A program made the translations under genes and the position numbers. This document shows, in pieces, positions 1 through 9,167 of a DNA stretch of 24,666 bases. The notes beneath the pieces are model-generated. The model was given only the letters and a program-made list of their open reading frames with translations. It did no database searches and was not told the origin of the DNA. Position 1 is the stretch's first letter, and the number at the start of each line of letters is the position of its first letter. Source of the DNA: Tubiluchus corallicola (taxonomy: Eukaryota; Animalia; Priapulida); NCBI GenBank assembly GCA_030141605.1, contig JAQGDQ010001103.1, positions 37,935 to 62,600 on the forward strand. The letters are read 5' to 3'.

Positions 1-155
1 GGAGGTAATTCTATCGCTTGTTTGCGCTGGCTGTTCGCTTGTTGCTTGCTTGTTTGCGCCTGCTGTTTATATATTGTTTGATTGCATCTTACGAACCATT
101 TGCCATAAGTATCTACTGTCGAGACATTGATTTGCCTCTTGTCAGAACGAATGTC

Positions 156-757
156 GATTCCAAGGAATCCAGAAACAGCACGTTGAATTCTGTTGCTTGA
201 AATTATTTTCCACCACTTCATATTTTTCATTTCGTTACTAGAGGTGTGCGTTGAATGTTTGACTTCGATTTGCACGAGTTTTTTTAGTTCAAATTCGAAT
301 GATACCAAGAAATCCAGAAAGAGCACATCAAATTCTGTTGCTTGAAATTACTTTTCTAACTTTCCTGCTTTTCATTTCATTACTAGGGGTCAACATCGAG
401 CGTTTGATTTCAATTTGAATAAGTTTTTTTAGTTGAAATTCGATTCGAAGTTCGAAGCTAAAATTTAAATATAAATTCGAATAATTCAGCTCTTTAGCCA
501 CATACATTCCTTATCATTAAAATGTTTGAAACTTCATGCAATTAGCACAGTTTAGCTGTGATTTCTGTGCACAATTAGTGATTTTACTGCAGAAAAAAAT
601 CGAACAATATCATAATCTCTGTAAGACCGCTTTTCACTGGTGGTTCGAAAATCTTTCAAACAGAGTTCGAGTTTGTACTAAAATTCGATTCGAATTCGAA
701 CTGTCACAAATTCGATTCTATTTGATTTCGCTTTCTGGTAGAGAATGCCGAGCCCTA
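156..757. mobile_element. Probable non-autonomous hAT-like DNA transposon remnant (right end), containing a diverged ~145-bp internal duplication
   Basis: Ends in gaatgccgagcccta (743-757; reverse complement TAGGGCTCGGCATTC, a hAT-type TAGGG terminus). Many (aa)ttcga subterminal motifs. 156-300 and 301-445 are diverged direct copies. Left terminus and TSD not identified. Confidence 0.45.
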
Positions 758-921
758 TTTATTGCCGTTTTTTTTTGTCAAAGTGCGTTCGCTGTCGTGA
801 CGCTAAAGTTGTTGCTGGGGTGTTTTGGGGAGAACCAACAACCGACATTGGCAGGTTTATCAGACTGTTTTTGAAGTTGCGATGTTCATGTTAAACATAT
901 GAAATCACTGGATGAAAACTG

Positions 922-1038
922 GGTTTAACTTTGCGATCTGTATTTTACTGAAAATCATAATCTCATAGTCAGTCCACATTGGTTTAACTTTGCAATCTGT
1001 ATTGTATTCGAAATCATTGTCTCATAGTCAATCCACAT
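922..1038. repeat. Two-copy ~59-bp tandem duplication (intronic)
   Basis: ggtttaactttgc(g/a)atctgtatt...tctcatagtca(g/a)tccacat occurs at 922 and 981. Confidence 0.8.
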
Positions 1039-1560
1039 ATACACGAAAATGGTAAACATAATCAACAGTAGTAAACAAAAGTTAAAATAAATCCATCAGG
1101 CAATATATCATGGCAGCTGAGTCAAAACGTTATTATGACCACATCACTGTTTAAGCCTATTGCTTGTCCTCTAATCTTGCTACCAAGTGTGAAAAACTAC
1201 TACATTCACAGATAAGCCCAGTAACCCAGTTCCATACAATCATATAATAGTAGCAAGCACATACATATATTGGAAACTTCCAAGTGTACAAACAGATGGC
1301 AGCACTGACTTAGTGGTAATGAAAAACAAAAGTTTAAAACTACAGATCAAAATTATTAAGAAACTGTAAATTAAATGCTTGTATCAGCGACACAGATACT
1401 ACATTTGAGAAAAAACTCAAGTCGATGCGTTGCAAATTACGGATTTCTTTAGACTCTACAAGCGCTTATGCATTCAGAATTACAGAACTCAAGCATCTGC
1501 GGCATTCATAAGTTTTAAAAGTTTGCTAGTGACTTTGTAAGTTGTTTTCTGTCATTTCAG

Positions 1561-1716
1561 TTGATTGCAAACGTGAAGTGTCTGGGCGACGGTTGCGCGG
1601 CCATTCAGTCGCAAACCTGTAAAATCTTCGACTCCGAATATTTGCTGGAACCGCTCGACACCACCACATTCAGTTTGCTGGGAAATTTCTTCATTTCCGA
1701 AGGAAAACCGGGAAAG
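1561..1716 (+). CDS. C11orf54: Ester hydrolase C11orf54 homolog (DUF1907), internal coding exon; upstream exons not identified in the window
   Basis: Acceptor tttcag ends at 1560 and donor gtgagt starts at 1717; 156 bp, phase 0. Encodes LIANVKC...FSLLGNFFISEGKPGK, matching the family motif LLANLFASEGQPGK. Confidence 0.9.
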
Positions 1717-1815
1717 GTGAGTGAAGTTTATTGCTAGTAAATGTTGCGGTAACTCGTTTATTACGAAATTTTGAACTGAAAGTGCATGTTTGTGCTAAAA
1801 GGATATTGGGATGCA

Positions 1816-2336
1816 TCGTATTGCAAGGTTAATATCGTGATACGTGTCGTATTGCAAGGTTAGTATTGTGATACGTATCGTATTGCAAGGTTAATATCGT
1901 GATACGTGTCGTATTGCAAGGTTAATATCGTGATACGTGTCGTATTGCAAGGTTAATATCGTGATACGTGTCGTATTGCAAGGTTAGTATTGTGATACGT
2001 GTCGTATTGCAAGGTTAATATCGTGATACGTGTCGTATTGCAAGGTTAGTATTGTGATACGTGTCGTATTGCAAGGTTAATATCGTGATACGTGTCGTAT
2101 TGCAAGGTTAATATCGTGATACGTGTCGTATTGCAAGGTTAATATCGTGATACGTGTCGTATTGCAAGGTTAGTATTGTGATACGTGTCGTATTGCAAGG
2201 TTAATATCGTGATACGTGTCGTATTGCAAGGTTAGTATTGTGATACGTATCGTATCGTAGGTTAGTATCGTGATACGTATCGTATTGCAAGGTTAGTATC
2301 GTGATATGTATCGTATTGCAAGGATAGTATCGTATT
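1816..2336. repeat. Intronic 31-bp minisatellite, about 17 copies
   Basis: Unit tcgtattgcaaggtta(a/g)tat(c/t)gtgatacgt(g/a), with two interspersed variants. Confidence 0.95.
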
Positions 2337-2424
2337 GTGACTCAGGTGTGTCGTTACACCTATCAGTGACTCAGGTGTGTCGTTACACCTATCAGTGACT
2401 CAGGTGTGTCGTTACACCAATCAG
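2337..2424. repeat. 29-bp tandem repeat, 3 copies, next to the splice acceptor
   Basis: gtgactcaggtgtgtcgttacacctatca x3; each copy has a small ggtgt/acacc hairpin. Confidence 0.9.
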
Positions 2425-2444
2425 TTACAGTGTTTTTTTCACAG

Positions 2445-2594
2445 GTTCTCGAGGTGAAAGCGCGGAAGAGGAAAGGACCAGAGAACCTCATCTCTTGCAT
2501 GCGCAAGTCACTAGCTAGTCATTACGGCTCGGATTCCATCGGTCTCGGAGGTGTTTTTGTGATTGAGACGGGCAAAGCTAAGATACACGTAATG
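2445..2594 (+). CDS. C11orf54: Ester hydrolase C11orf54 homolog, internal coding exon
   Basis: Acceptor ttttttcacag and donor gtcagt; 150 bp. Encodes VLEVKARKRKGPENLISCMRKSLASHYG...GLGGVFVIETGKAKIHVM. Confidence 0.93.
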
Positions 2595-3274
2595 GTCAGT
2601 ATTAGCGGTCAGTGTTAAAAATTCTGGTACAGTAATTCTCGTAATGGAGTAATAAGACTTTTCACAGTTATTCTTTACGCAGGTAAAGTATAGCGCAGCG
2701 ACGAGTTTTAACTACAAGCGTCACGTGACGTGTAAAGCAAAACCGCCTGCATCTGTTCAGTAACTTCAGTTGTTTTACGTGGTCTTTGCTTAATTTTGCA
2801 TTAGACTGTGCATAGAGTGATTTACTAGCAGGATCTTGCTTGGAAACAAGAAAAAATGAACTAGGTAAAGCTGTAGCTAGCTGTTAAAACTGTTACTATT
2901 GCAACAGCATGGAGTGTGAGGCATTGTCAAGTTTTCACTTCTTGTATAGAAAGTTTTACCTGGCATTTGACTTTACAGAGCTTCACAACATTGTTGTGTT
3001 ATTTCTATATGTGGCATGAGTAGCTTACCTGCATTCTATTGTGTTTATGGCGAAGTTTTATTCTTCCAAATAAGCAGTCTGTCAGCACATACCTTTTGAG
3101 TTCTTCATATTGTCTGGTACACTTGACCTTTGACCTTTTTACGATCATCATCAATGTTGTGAGAAGAACATAGAAGTTGTGAAAAGGTTTATTGCTCCTT
3201 TAGCACTAAGTACTGTTGAATTTTTCTACACTAGTTGCCATTAGCCATTTTGCCATTAGCATTTGCTTTTTCAG

Positions 3275-3391
3275 CCTGATTTCAGTACGGAGCCGTTGGA
3301 CAGCGACGAAGACGTGAACAACTGGTTGAAGTTCTTCGACATGTCCGCACCTCTTGTCTGTCTCACCGGTGAATGTGTGTCGCACGATCCG
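3275..3391 (+). CDS. C11orf54: Ester hydrolase C11orf54 homolog, internal coding exon
   Basis: Acceptor tttttcag and donor gtaagt; 117 bp. Encodes PDFSTEPLDSDEDVNNWLKFFDMSAPLVCL...SHDP. Confidence 0.93.
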
Positions 3392-4035
3392 GTAAGTTAT
3401 GCTATTCTAATTAGCGTTTTTGTGGATGCGCCCAGCCCAGGTAAAGAAACGGCAAAAATCAGTATTGAACTGAGCGATAGACCTGCAATTTATTAAAATA
3501 ACAGATCACGAAAAGTGCTTAAGAACGTGCTAAAGGTTATTACTATTTAGACAAAATGAAAAGTTAGATTTAAGAAGACTGAAACACGTTTTATTACTTC
3601 ATGATTCTAGAGATTTGAAACAATTCTAACCAATTTAAACTATTAACTAATCATTAAAGTAGATGGTGACTTACATTTACTGGTGACAACTTTGGCTTGA
3701 AAATACAACTAGTGACTGTTAAATTGTAACAGAATAGACAAAGCAATGCAAGTATCACCAAACGGCATGATCAGCATAGCGGCAACAGAAAATGTAACTA
3801 CGTGTAAAAACAAGTGTGATTGATAGGTGGCGTATACTACTAAAGCTTCGGTCACATGACTAAGCCTGACTAACCTATCCACCTTTTTACTTATTACCTT
3901 GAGACTGTAGTTACCAATGAAATGGAACTGTGCTTTTACGTATAAAGATACACTATTTAGTTGTCTGTTTGGTTTACTCTGAATTCCATAACTGTGCGTT
4001 TCTTAAGAATGTTAAGCTTAAAGATGCCTTTTCAG

Positions 4036-4200
4036 GGCCTTGACCTGAGAGTGGAGCACACCCATTGTTTCAGTCGCCATGGAGACGGCGGTCATTACCA
4101 CTACGACACCACCCCGGACGTGGTCTCCTATCACGGCTACTTCAATCTTGCCGACATTCTGTACAGGATCGATCGACCGCCAAGTACGATCAAGTACTGA
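4036..4200 (+). CDS. C11orf54: Ester hydrolase C11orf54 homolog, terminal coding exon with the zinc-binding histidines
   Basis: Acceptor cttttcag. Encodes GLDLRVEHTHCFSRHGDGGHYHYDTTPD, the family signature HxH...GGHYH. TGA at 4198-4200. Confidence 0.95.
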   Translation, partial: GLDLRVEHTHCFSRHGDGGHYHYDTTPDVVSYHGYFNLADILYRIDRPPSTIKY

Positions 4201-4225
4201 CCAAGTACGCATTGGTCGTGATTAA

Positions 4226-4396
4226 CCCTTAAAAGCGTAGAAGTTGCTCAATGTCTGCTTTCTTTTCTACCTTTTTCTGCGGAAAACGTCGGAATTTACC
4301 AGTAATATTTACCATATCAAATTGTTATTGTGTAACAAATTGAAATTATATTAAAATTTCTGCTAAAATTGTTAATGTTTAACCTGTTTTTAAGGG
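4226..4396. mobile_element. piggyBac-like MITE (171 bp)
   Basis: TTAA duplication at 4222-4225 and 4397-4400 flanks 9-bp inverted termini cccttaaaa / ttttaaggg. Confidence 0.7.
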
Positions 4397-4506
4397 TTAA
4401 GGATCAATACATTTTATTGTTTTTCTCACTACTTCTTTCTCTTGCTTTTATGTATTCATCACAATCTAAAGGTGTTGGTGACATTCGACAAAAAAGTGGG
4501 TAACAG

Positions 4507-4747
4507 CAGGGATTTTACCGAAACCGAATTTTCGGTTCGGTTTGCCGACAGTTGCAGTTTCGGTCAAGTTTCGGTTTCGGTGAAATTTATCAAGTTTCAC
4601 AGCGGAAATTTCCGATAATTTTCTTCAACATTTTTCTAAAGTTTTACTAGTATTTATCCAACTTTTTTCTCCTAGATGTCAAATTCTGGTGAAAAATCTT
4701 GGCTAAAATAGTTCAAATAAAGTGAAAATTTCGTTTACATAACAGTT
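4507..4747. mobile_element. One end of a hAT-like non-autonomous element, truncated
   Basis: Starts CAGGGATTTTACCGAAACCGAA, followed by clustered ccgaa/ttcgg subterminal motifs (4518-4582). Matching end not found; right boundary approximate. Confidence 0.45.
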
Positions 4748-4763
4748 TGTGACGTGCTTTTCA

Positions 4764-5105
4764 CATCAGCGCACGCGCAGTAACCCCGCCCGTACGCGTA
4801 GTCGATCGGGACACCCACCCCCATCATATAGCGCTGGTGGCCGGTATCGCATCAGCGCACGCGCAGTAACCCCCCCGCCCGTACGCGTAGTCGATCGGTA
4901 CACCCACCCCCATCATATAGCACTGGTGGCCGGTATCGCATCAGCGCACGCGCAGTAACCCCGCTCGTACGCGTAGTCGATCGGGACACCCACCCCCATC
5001 ATATAGCGCTGGTGGCCGGTATCGCATCAGCGCATGCGCAGTAACCCCGCCCGTACTCGTAGTCGATCGGGACACCCACCCCCATCATATAGCACTGGTG
5101 CCCGG
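4764..5105. repeat. GC/CpG-rich ~86-bp tandem repeat, 4 copies
   Basis: Unit catcagcgcacgcgcagtaaccccgcccgtacgcgtagtcgatcgggacacccacccccatcatatagcgctggtggccggtatcg. Confidence 0.95.
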
Positions 5106-5119
5106 TGTCCTGATCGACA

Positions 5120-5701
5120 CCCAGCTTGCATAATTGTTTTGCAGATAACATATTAACCAAATGCTGACACTCTGCTAAATGCCAAACATCAGGCGCGGTC
5201 ACTTCTTGACCACCTATACCGCTGCTCTCCAGTAAGGAGATTAGGCAGTTGTCCGAGATTAGTTGAGGAAGTCATGATCGTTTGTGTTTTCTCTCCTCTA
5301 ACATAGTTTTCATCTATCACGTATGTGGTACCTGTATAAACCCCCATCTGTTGCATATCTAAATCACCTTGTGAAGAATACTTCTTCATACCGACATAAC
5401 CTGACTTCAGACATAACCTGGCTTCAGACGTAACCCGGCTTCACACATAACCTGGCTTCAGACGTAACCTGGCTTCAGACATAACCTGGCTTCATCCACT
5501 TAATAGGAACAGACATTACATTCTTCCAACATAGCATGAAGATCTTTGTGAGTTTTAAAACACACTTTAAACAGCTCCATGAATTTGCACCAATAATTCA
5601 GTCAGTAAGCAAACAAAGATCAATGAAATGCCCGATATTATACCTGAAAGAGCCAATCAATGCATTTTATCCATGTAATCATGATTAGCTATTCTTTCTC
5701 T
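5120..5701 (-). pseudogene. Phenuivirus/phlebovirus-like glycoprotein EVE, 3' part: Gn membrane anchor, cytoplasmic tail and probable Gc signal peptide
   Basis: Manual translation gives RERIANHDYMDKMH*LALSGIISGISLIFVCLL (TM), a frameshift, CLKCVLKLTKIFMLCWK..., ORF 5189-5389, then PRLMFGI*QSVSIWLICYLQNNYAS (signal-like). It joins the 6401+ segment in frame once the LINE is removed. Confidence 0.65.
5393..5494. repeat. 17-bp minisatellite, 6 copies, inside the Gn-like EVE
   Basis: gacataacctggcttca x6 with minor variants. Confidence 0.95.
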
Positions 5702-6398
5702 AGAATTAGAATTAGTTTATTCACCGTAATGATTTCACATAACATAAGTAGGCAACGATAACTATATAACTAACGAAATTAAAATTTAACTACAAAACAA
5801 AAAAATCATATACAGAGGGCAAATTTCTTTACCGAATCAACAAAAATATCGCGTTTTAATGTAGGGGCACAATAGTTCTTCACTCATACGTCTTAACACA
5901 TCTCCAACAATATTTCATTAACGACGTTAAATTTGGGGAGTGCATAAGGTTACAAATGCTAGAAAAGTTCAACTCAGAATGTTCAATTCGTAAATTTTCT
6001 GTCACCGGACATCTCAATAAGACGTGGGCTTCTGTTTGAACCTCTTCCCCACATGTACATAATCTGTCTTCTCTCGGTATTCTGGACCAACGTCCGGTTT
6101 CTATCATGAGATTAGGCGATGACGTCCTAAGTCTGGTAAATTCAACTCTTTGGTAGTCCGGGATTTCAGATTCCATATCATTATAGACTTTATGAGGTTC
6201 TAAACATGGGTTGAGTTCTAAAAATGTCAAAAGAACTTTTGCCGGAACATCGTCTTTGATATCAGTAGAAAGGATTTTTTGGAGGTACTTGTATCCTTTG
6301 GTATTGTTAGTTTTACATAAATTCCAAACAAACATAAATGGATCGTCCACCATACCAGTTCTTTGACTTATCAGTTTCAATAGCAAATTTCTTTGTGA
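5702..6398 (-). mobile_element. 5'-truncated non-LTR retrotransposon (CR1/L2-group-like): ORF2 C-terminus and 3' UTR
   Basis: ORF 5880-6428 carries RLRTSSPNLMIETGRW...RLCTC...EAHVLLRCP, the C-terminal motif typical of these LINE ORF2s. The minus-strand 3' end has AATAAA then a short (attcta)n tail. CT dinucleotide at both junctions (5700-5701, 6399-6400). Confidence 0.85.
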
Positions 6399-6400
6399 CT

Positions 6401-7215
6401 GCATAAGAAGCAGGTGACATAAGCACATGTATCAAAATCATTACAAGATGCATCAAAAATAATGGGTTCACTATTCTTAGCCTTATGCAACTTAGCTTTC
6501 ACATGGCCTGCAGTTAAGAACATAGATGGTTGGAACATTACAGGAACTATCTGAGATGTTATTGCTCCATGTATGTAACCTACTTTTCTTACACACCTCA
6601 TACATTCCACCCTCAAAAGTTGGAGCAAAAATCTTAACACCGTTGGATAAGCACGAAACTGAACATCTATCACATTTAGCATCTGTTTTATCATCTTCTG
6701 ATAATAATTTTCTTCCAACTAAAACATTAGTTGTACCAATGCAGTGAGGAACTATCATTTTCGTTCCTGTCTTCATAGTCATAACACTGGTGCTGCATTT
6801 TAATGCACAATAACAGTTAGATCCAGAAGTTCCAGGAGGATATAATATAAATTGCCAACACAGCCACCTGCTTTGCAAACACTATCAGAGCATAATCCAC
6901 AACATAAGAAATTAATCAGATCTTTTGTGTCTTGTTTCATGATTATTGTGTGTTCACTTGAGAACCATATAACATCTTGTCCAGTTATATATAACAGTTT
7001 TTAATATCTATTAATTTCATCATCACAATCTTTCAATTTCTTACCAGCAACTGAGCATAAACCTGGATCATTCCATAAGTTCTTTAAATCATCATAATTA
7101 TCCCGACATGTCATGTCTTGATAATATCTAGTAGATAAAAAGTGACTTCATTTTTTTACAAGCTACCAACCAAGGCAATTGGCAAAGATGTAGAAATCTT
7201 CACAATTGCTCTTCA
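6401..7215 (-). pseudogene. Phenuivirus/phlebovirus-like Gn (G1) ectodomain EVE with stops and frameshifts
   Basis: Ordered motifs YYQDMTC, GLCSVAGKKLKDCD, NFLC, CVGN, NCYCALKCSTSVMTMKTGTKMIVPHCIGTTNVLVGRKL, CDRCSVSCLSNGV, CNDFDTCAYVTCFLC. These parallel recalled RVFV Gn motifs: LQDLFC, GVCEVGVQALKKCD, SFVC, CTGD, NAYC...PLCVGYERVVVKREL, CxxCxxxCxxxG, Cx5Cx4Cx2C. Confidence 0.8.
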
Positions 7216-8714
7216 GACTTCCTTCCAGAACGCTCTTGCATTTCTATGTCTTCTTCTTTTCCCAGCTTCCTATTCTTCAGCTTCATCATTATTAGCCTGT
7301 ACAAAATCCATAGAATCAATGCATTAACTTCAATAAACGTAGCTACTGTCATCAGCCACAGCCAGTCCTTGGCAGAGGAGTAATCTTCATACCAATGAAG
7401 AGGTTCTATCTCGTGGTGGGAGATCAGGAGGGCGTGGGTCTTGTTTATTAAAGCGTTTATTTCATCCGTGTAGCTGGTTAGGTTGTGACTCTCTAGCTTT
7501 GGAATCCAGCTTTCGATTCGATGGAGAGTGTCACTACAACGGAGGAAATAGCCCGGTAAGTGATACTCTTTAACTTTTTTGCATGTCAAAACCAAGCTAG
7601 AGTTCTTAGGTATTGTTCTTTCTGATACTCCTGTGTAAGTGGACACAGTTCTTAAGGAGTAACTAGCTTGTTTTTGAACCAACCAACCGCCCATGAGTGT
7701 TACAACGCCCCAGCTTTCAGGTGACCTCTCATATTTTACAGATTTATCAAAAGGCTGTGTCTCCAGGTAATTTGGGCAAATAACGACATTAAGATCCTGA
7801 CATGTTCCAGGAGGGATGATCTTAATATCACTGACGCCTAAAATCATACTAAAAGGATTCCCATGGATTACCCAGGTCCCTCCCTTAACTACAGGAACAT
7901 TCCTTGTTTTGACATGTACCTTTCCTGGCGCTTGGACAATTTCTCTTACGTTGACCAACATCCATAATGTCTTTGGCTCGGATTTAATCACGATGGCTCG
8001 ACTAGCACCATAGGATAGAGGGATACTATGGCTAGAATTTGACATAAGGTGATGGAATTGAGTAGGACTGATTAAAAGGGGGTCTATTTTAGATGATGTA
8101 ATGGATTTTAATCCATGTCCATATCGAATCGAGTTAAGGTAATCGTGAAGGCTTGTCATATCGTTGGAATGCACCACCAATAGCTTTTGAACATTTGCAT
8201 CTATCCTACCCACAAACCTTTCTAGTTTTTCAAGGTTATGTCCCAGAATTCTTATTTCTTTGTTTGCTACTTCTATCTCATGTTTTATAACTCCTTGATT
8301 GTTTCTCAGTTCGCTCATCTTTCTATTAAGTGAATTGATCTCAGCTCTATTTGTAGCTCCTAACGCTAGGGCAGCTGTAGCCTCTGCCATTGCTGCGCCA
8401 GATACAATTAGACCCAAGAATCTTTTTTTCCGGTTGCCGTCAGTCGAGGAGTTGTCTAGGTTTGGATCTTTGAAGAGGTCATAATGGATATCCCAGGCGT
8501 AAGTCATATCAACCTTTACCACTTTATATGACTGTGTCACCTGATATCCGATGGGTTTGGGGTCGGTGATTATAATTCCGTAAGAGGCTAATGCATCCTG
8601 ATGTTTATAAATAATCTCTTGGGATAGCTGCGGAATAATGCTATTCACGCTTACTATGGTTCCGTGTGCAACGGTTAAGAGAGAAGAAATGGTTATGATA
8701 GTGTAGTAATCCAT
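7200..8714 (-). CDS. Open class I viral fusion glycoprotein (paramyxo/pneumovirus F-like; also resembles errantivirus/baculovirus F-type env), ~504 aa
   Basis: ATG at 8714 and signal peptide MDYYTIITISSLLTVAHG. Furin site RKKR followed by hydrophobic fusion peptide FLGLIVSGAAMAEATAALALG. Long heptad repeat, IDPLLISPTQF motif, CQDLNVVIC, HR2-like segment with N-glycan sequons, Trp-rich pre-TM, TM and basic tail. Intronless. Confidence 0.88.
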   Translation of the reverse strand: MDYYTIITISSLLTVAHGTIVSVNSIIPQLSQEIIYKHQDALASYGIIITDPKPIGYQVTQSYKVVKVDMTYAWDIHYDLFKDPNLDNSSTDGNRKKRFLGLIVSGAAMAEATAALALGATNRAEINSLNRKMSELRNNQGVIKHEIEVANKEIRILGHNLEKLERFVGRIDANVQKLLVVHSNDMTSLHDYLNSIRYGHGLKSITSSKIDPLLISPTQFHHLMSNSSHSIPLSYGASRAIVIKSEPKTLWMLVNVREIVQAPGKVHVKTRNVPVVKGGTWVIHGNPFSMILGVSDIKIIPPGTCQDLNVVICPNYLETQPFDKSVKYERSPESWGVVTLMGGWLVQKQASYSLRTVSTYTGVSERTIPKNSSLVLTCKKVKEYHLPGYFLRCSDTLHRIESWIPKLESHNLTSYTDEINALINKTHALLISHHEIEPLHWYEDYSSAKDWLWLMTVATFIEVNALILWILYRLIMMKLKNRKLGKEEDIEMQERSGRKSEEQL

Positions 8715-9003
8715 TTTGACTTCCACATCGCTTTGTCATCGCTTTACCACATGTGCAATTGCCATACGTGTAGATCTGATTTGATACATCACATTTCTCT
8801 ACATACAATCAGGGTTCTGTTAGATCTATGGCAACTAATGATCCATAGCAACTCTTAGGTTCACAGTGGTAAGCGATGGGATCTTGGGGCTTAACCGAAC
8901 AATGCTTTAACAAGGCTCTTCTTAGATTCTCAGTCTCATTATACATGTGTCTGATTGAGAGACATGCAACAGCATGAATCAAGATTATCAACACTTGAAA
9001 CAT
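8641..9003 (-). pseudogene. Small secreted Cys-rich viral-like protein (~120 codons) with one in-frame TGA, overlapping the start of the F-like gene
   Basis: Signal peptide MFQVLIILIHAVAC and NET sequon. After TGA (8809-8811) the frame continues LYVEKCDVSNQIYTYGNCTCGKAMTKRCG... to TAG at 8641-8643. Confidence 0.55.
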
Positions 9004-9005
9004 CT

Positions 9006-9167
9006 TCACTGTAATAGTATCTCAGTGTTTGCAGGCATCTTTGTGTGCGTTCTTCTTGTTTGTGTTCTATCGCAAAATATGCCACATAACGCACATTTTA
9101 ATTCTCTACGAACTAGCCAAATGTCAGTGTGCAGTTTCATTTGTGTTGTTGTGGCAATACTTTTGTG
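9006..9167 (-). other. Probable 3' remnant of an upstream viral ORF
   Basis: Open frame ...MKLHTDIWLVRRELKCALCGIFCDRT...EILLQ* whose TGA lies 2 nt before the ATG at 9003. Confidence 0.35.

Noticed and set aside
18-874. ORFs 18-200 and 536-874
   Set aside because: They overlap repeat/MITE sequence and have no recognisable domain or splice context.
2406-4212. ORFs 2406-2618, 3263-3496, 3961-4200 and 4018-4212 as standalone genes
   Set aside because: The first three are exons of one spliced gene extended into intron sequence. The last is its antisense shadow.
4749-5202. ORFs 4749-4958 and 4999-5202
   Set aside because: They arise from the GC-rich 86-bp repeat and show no protein features.
5880-6428. 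182-aa ORF as an intact gene
   Set aside because: It is a chimeric reading: the first codons come from the Gn EVE and the rest is a truncated LINE ORF2 without RT.
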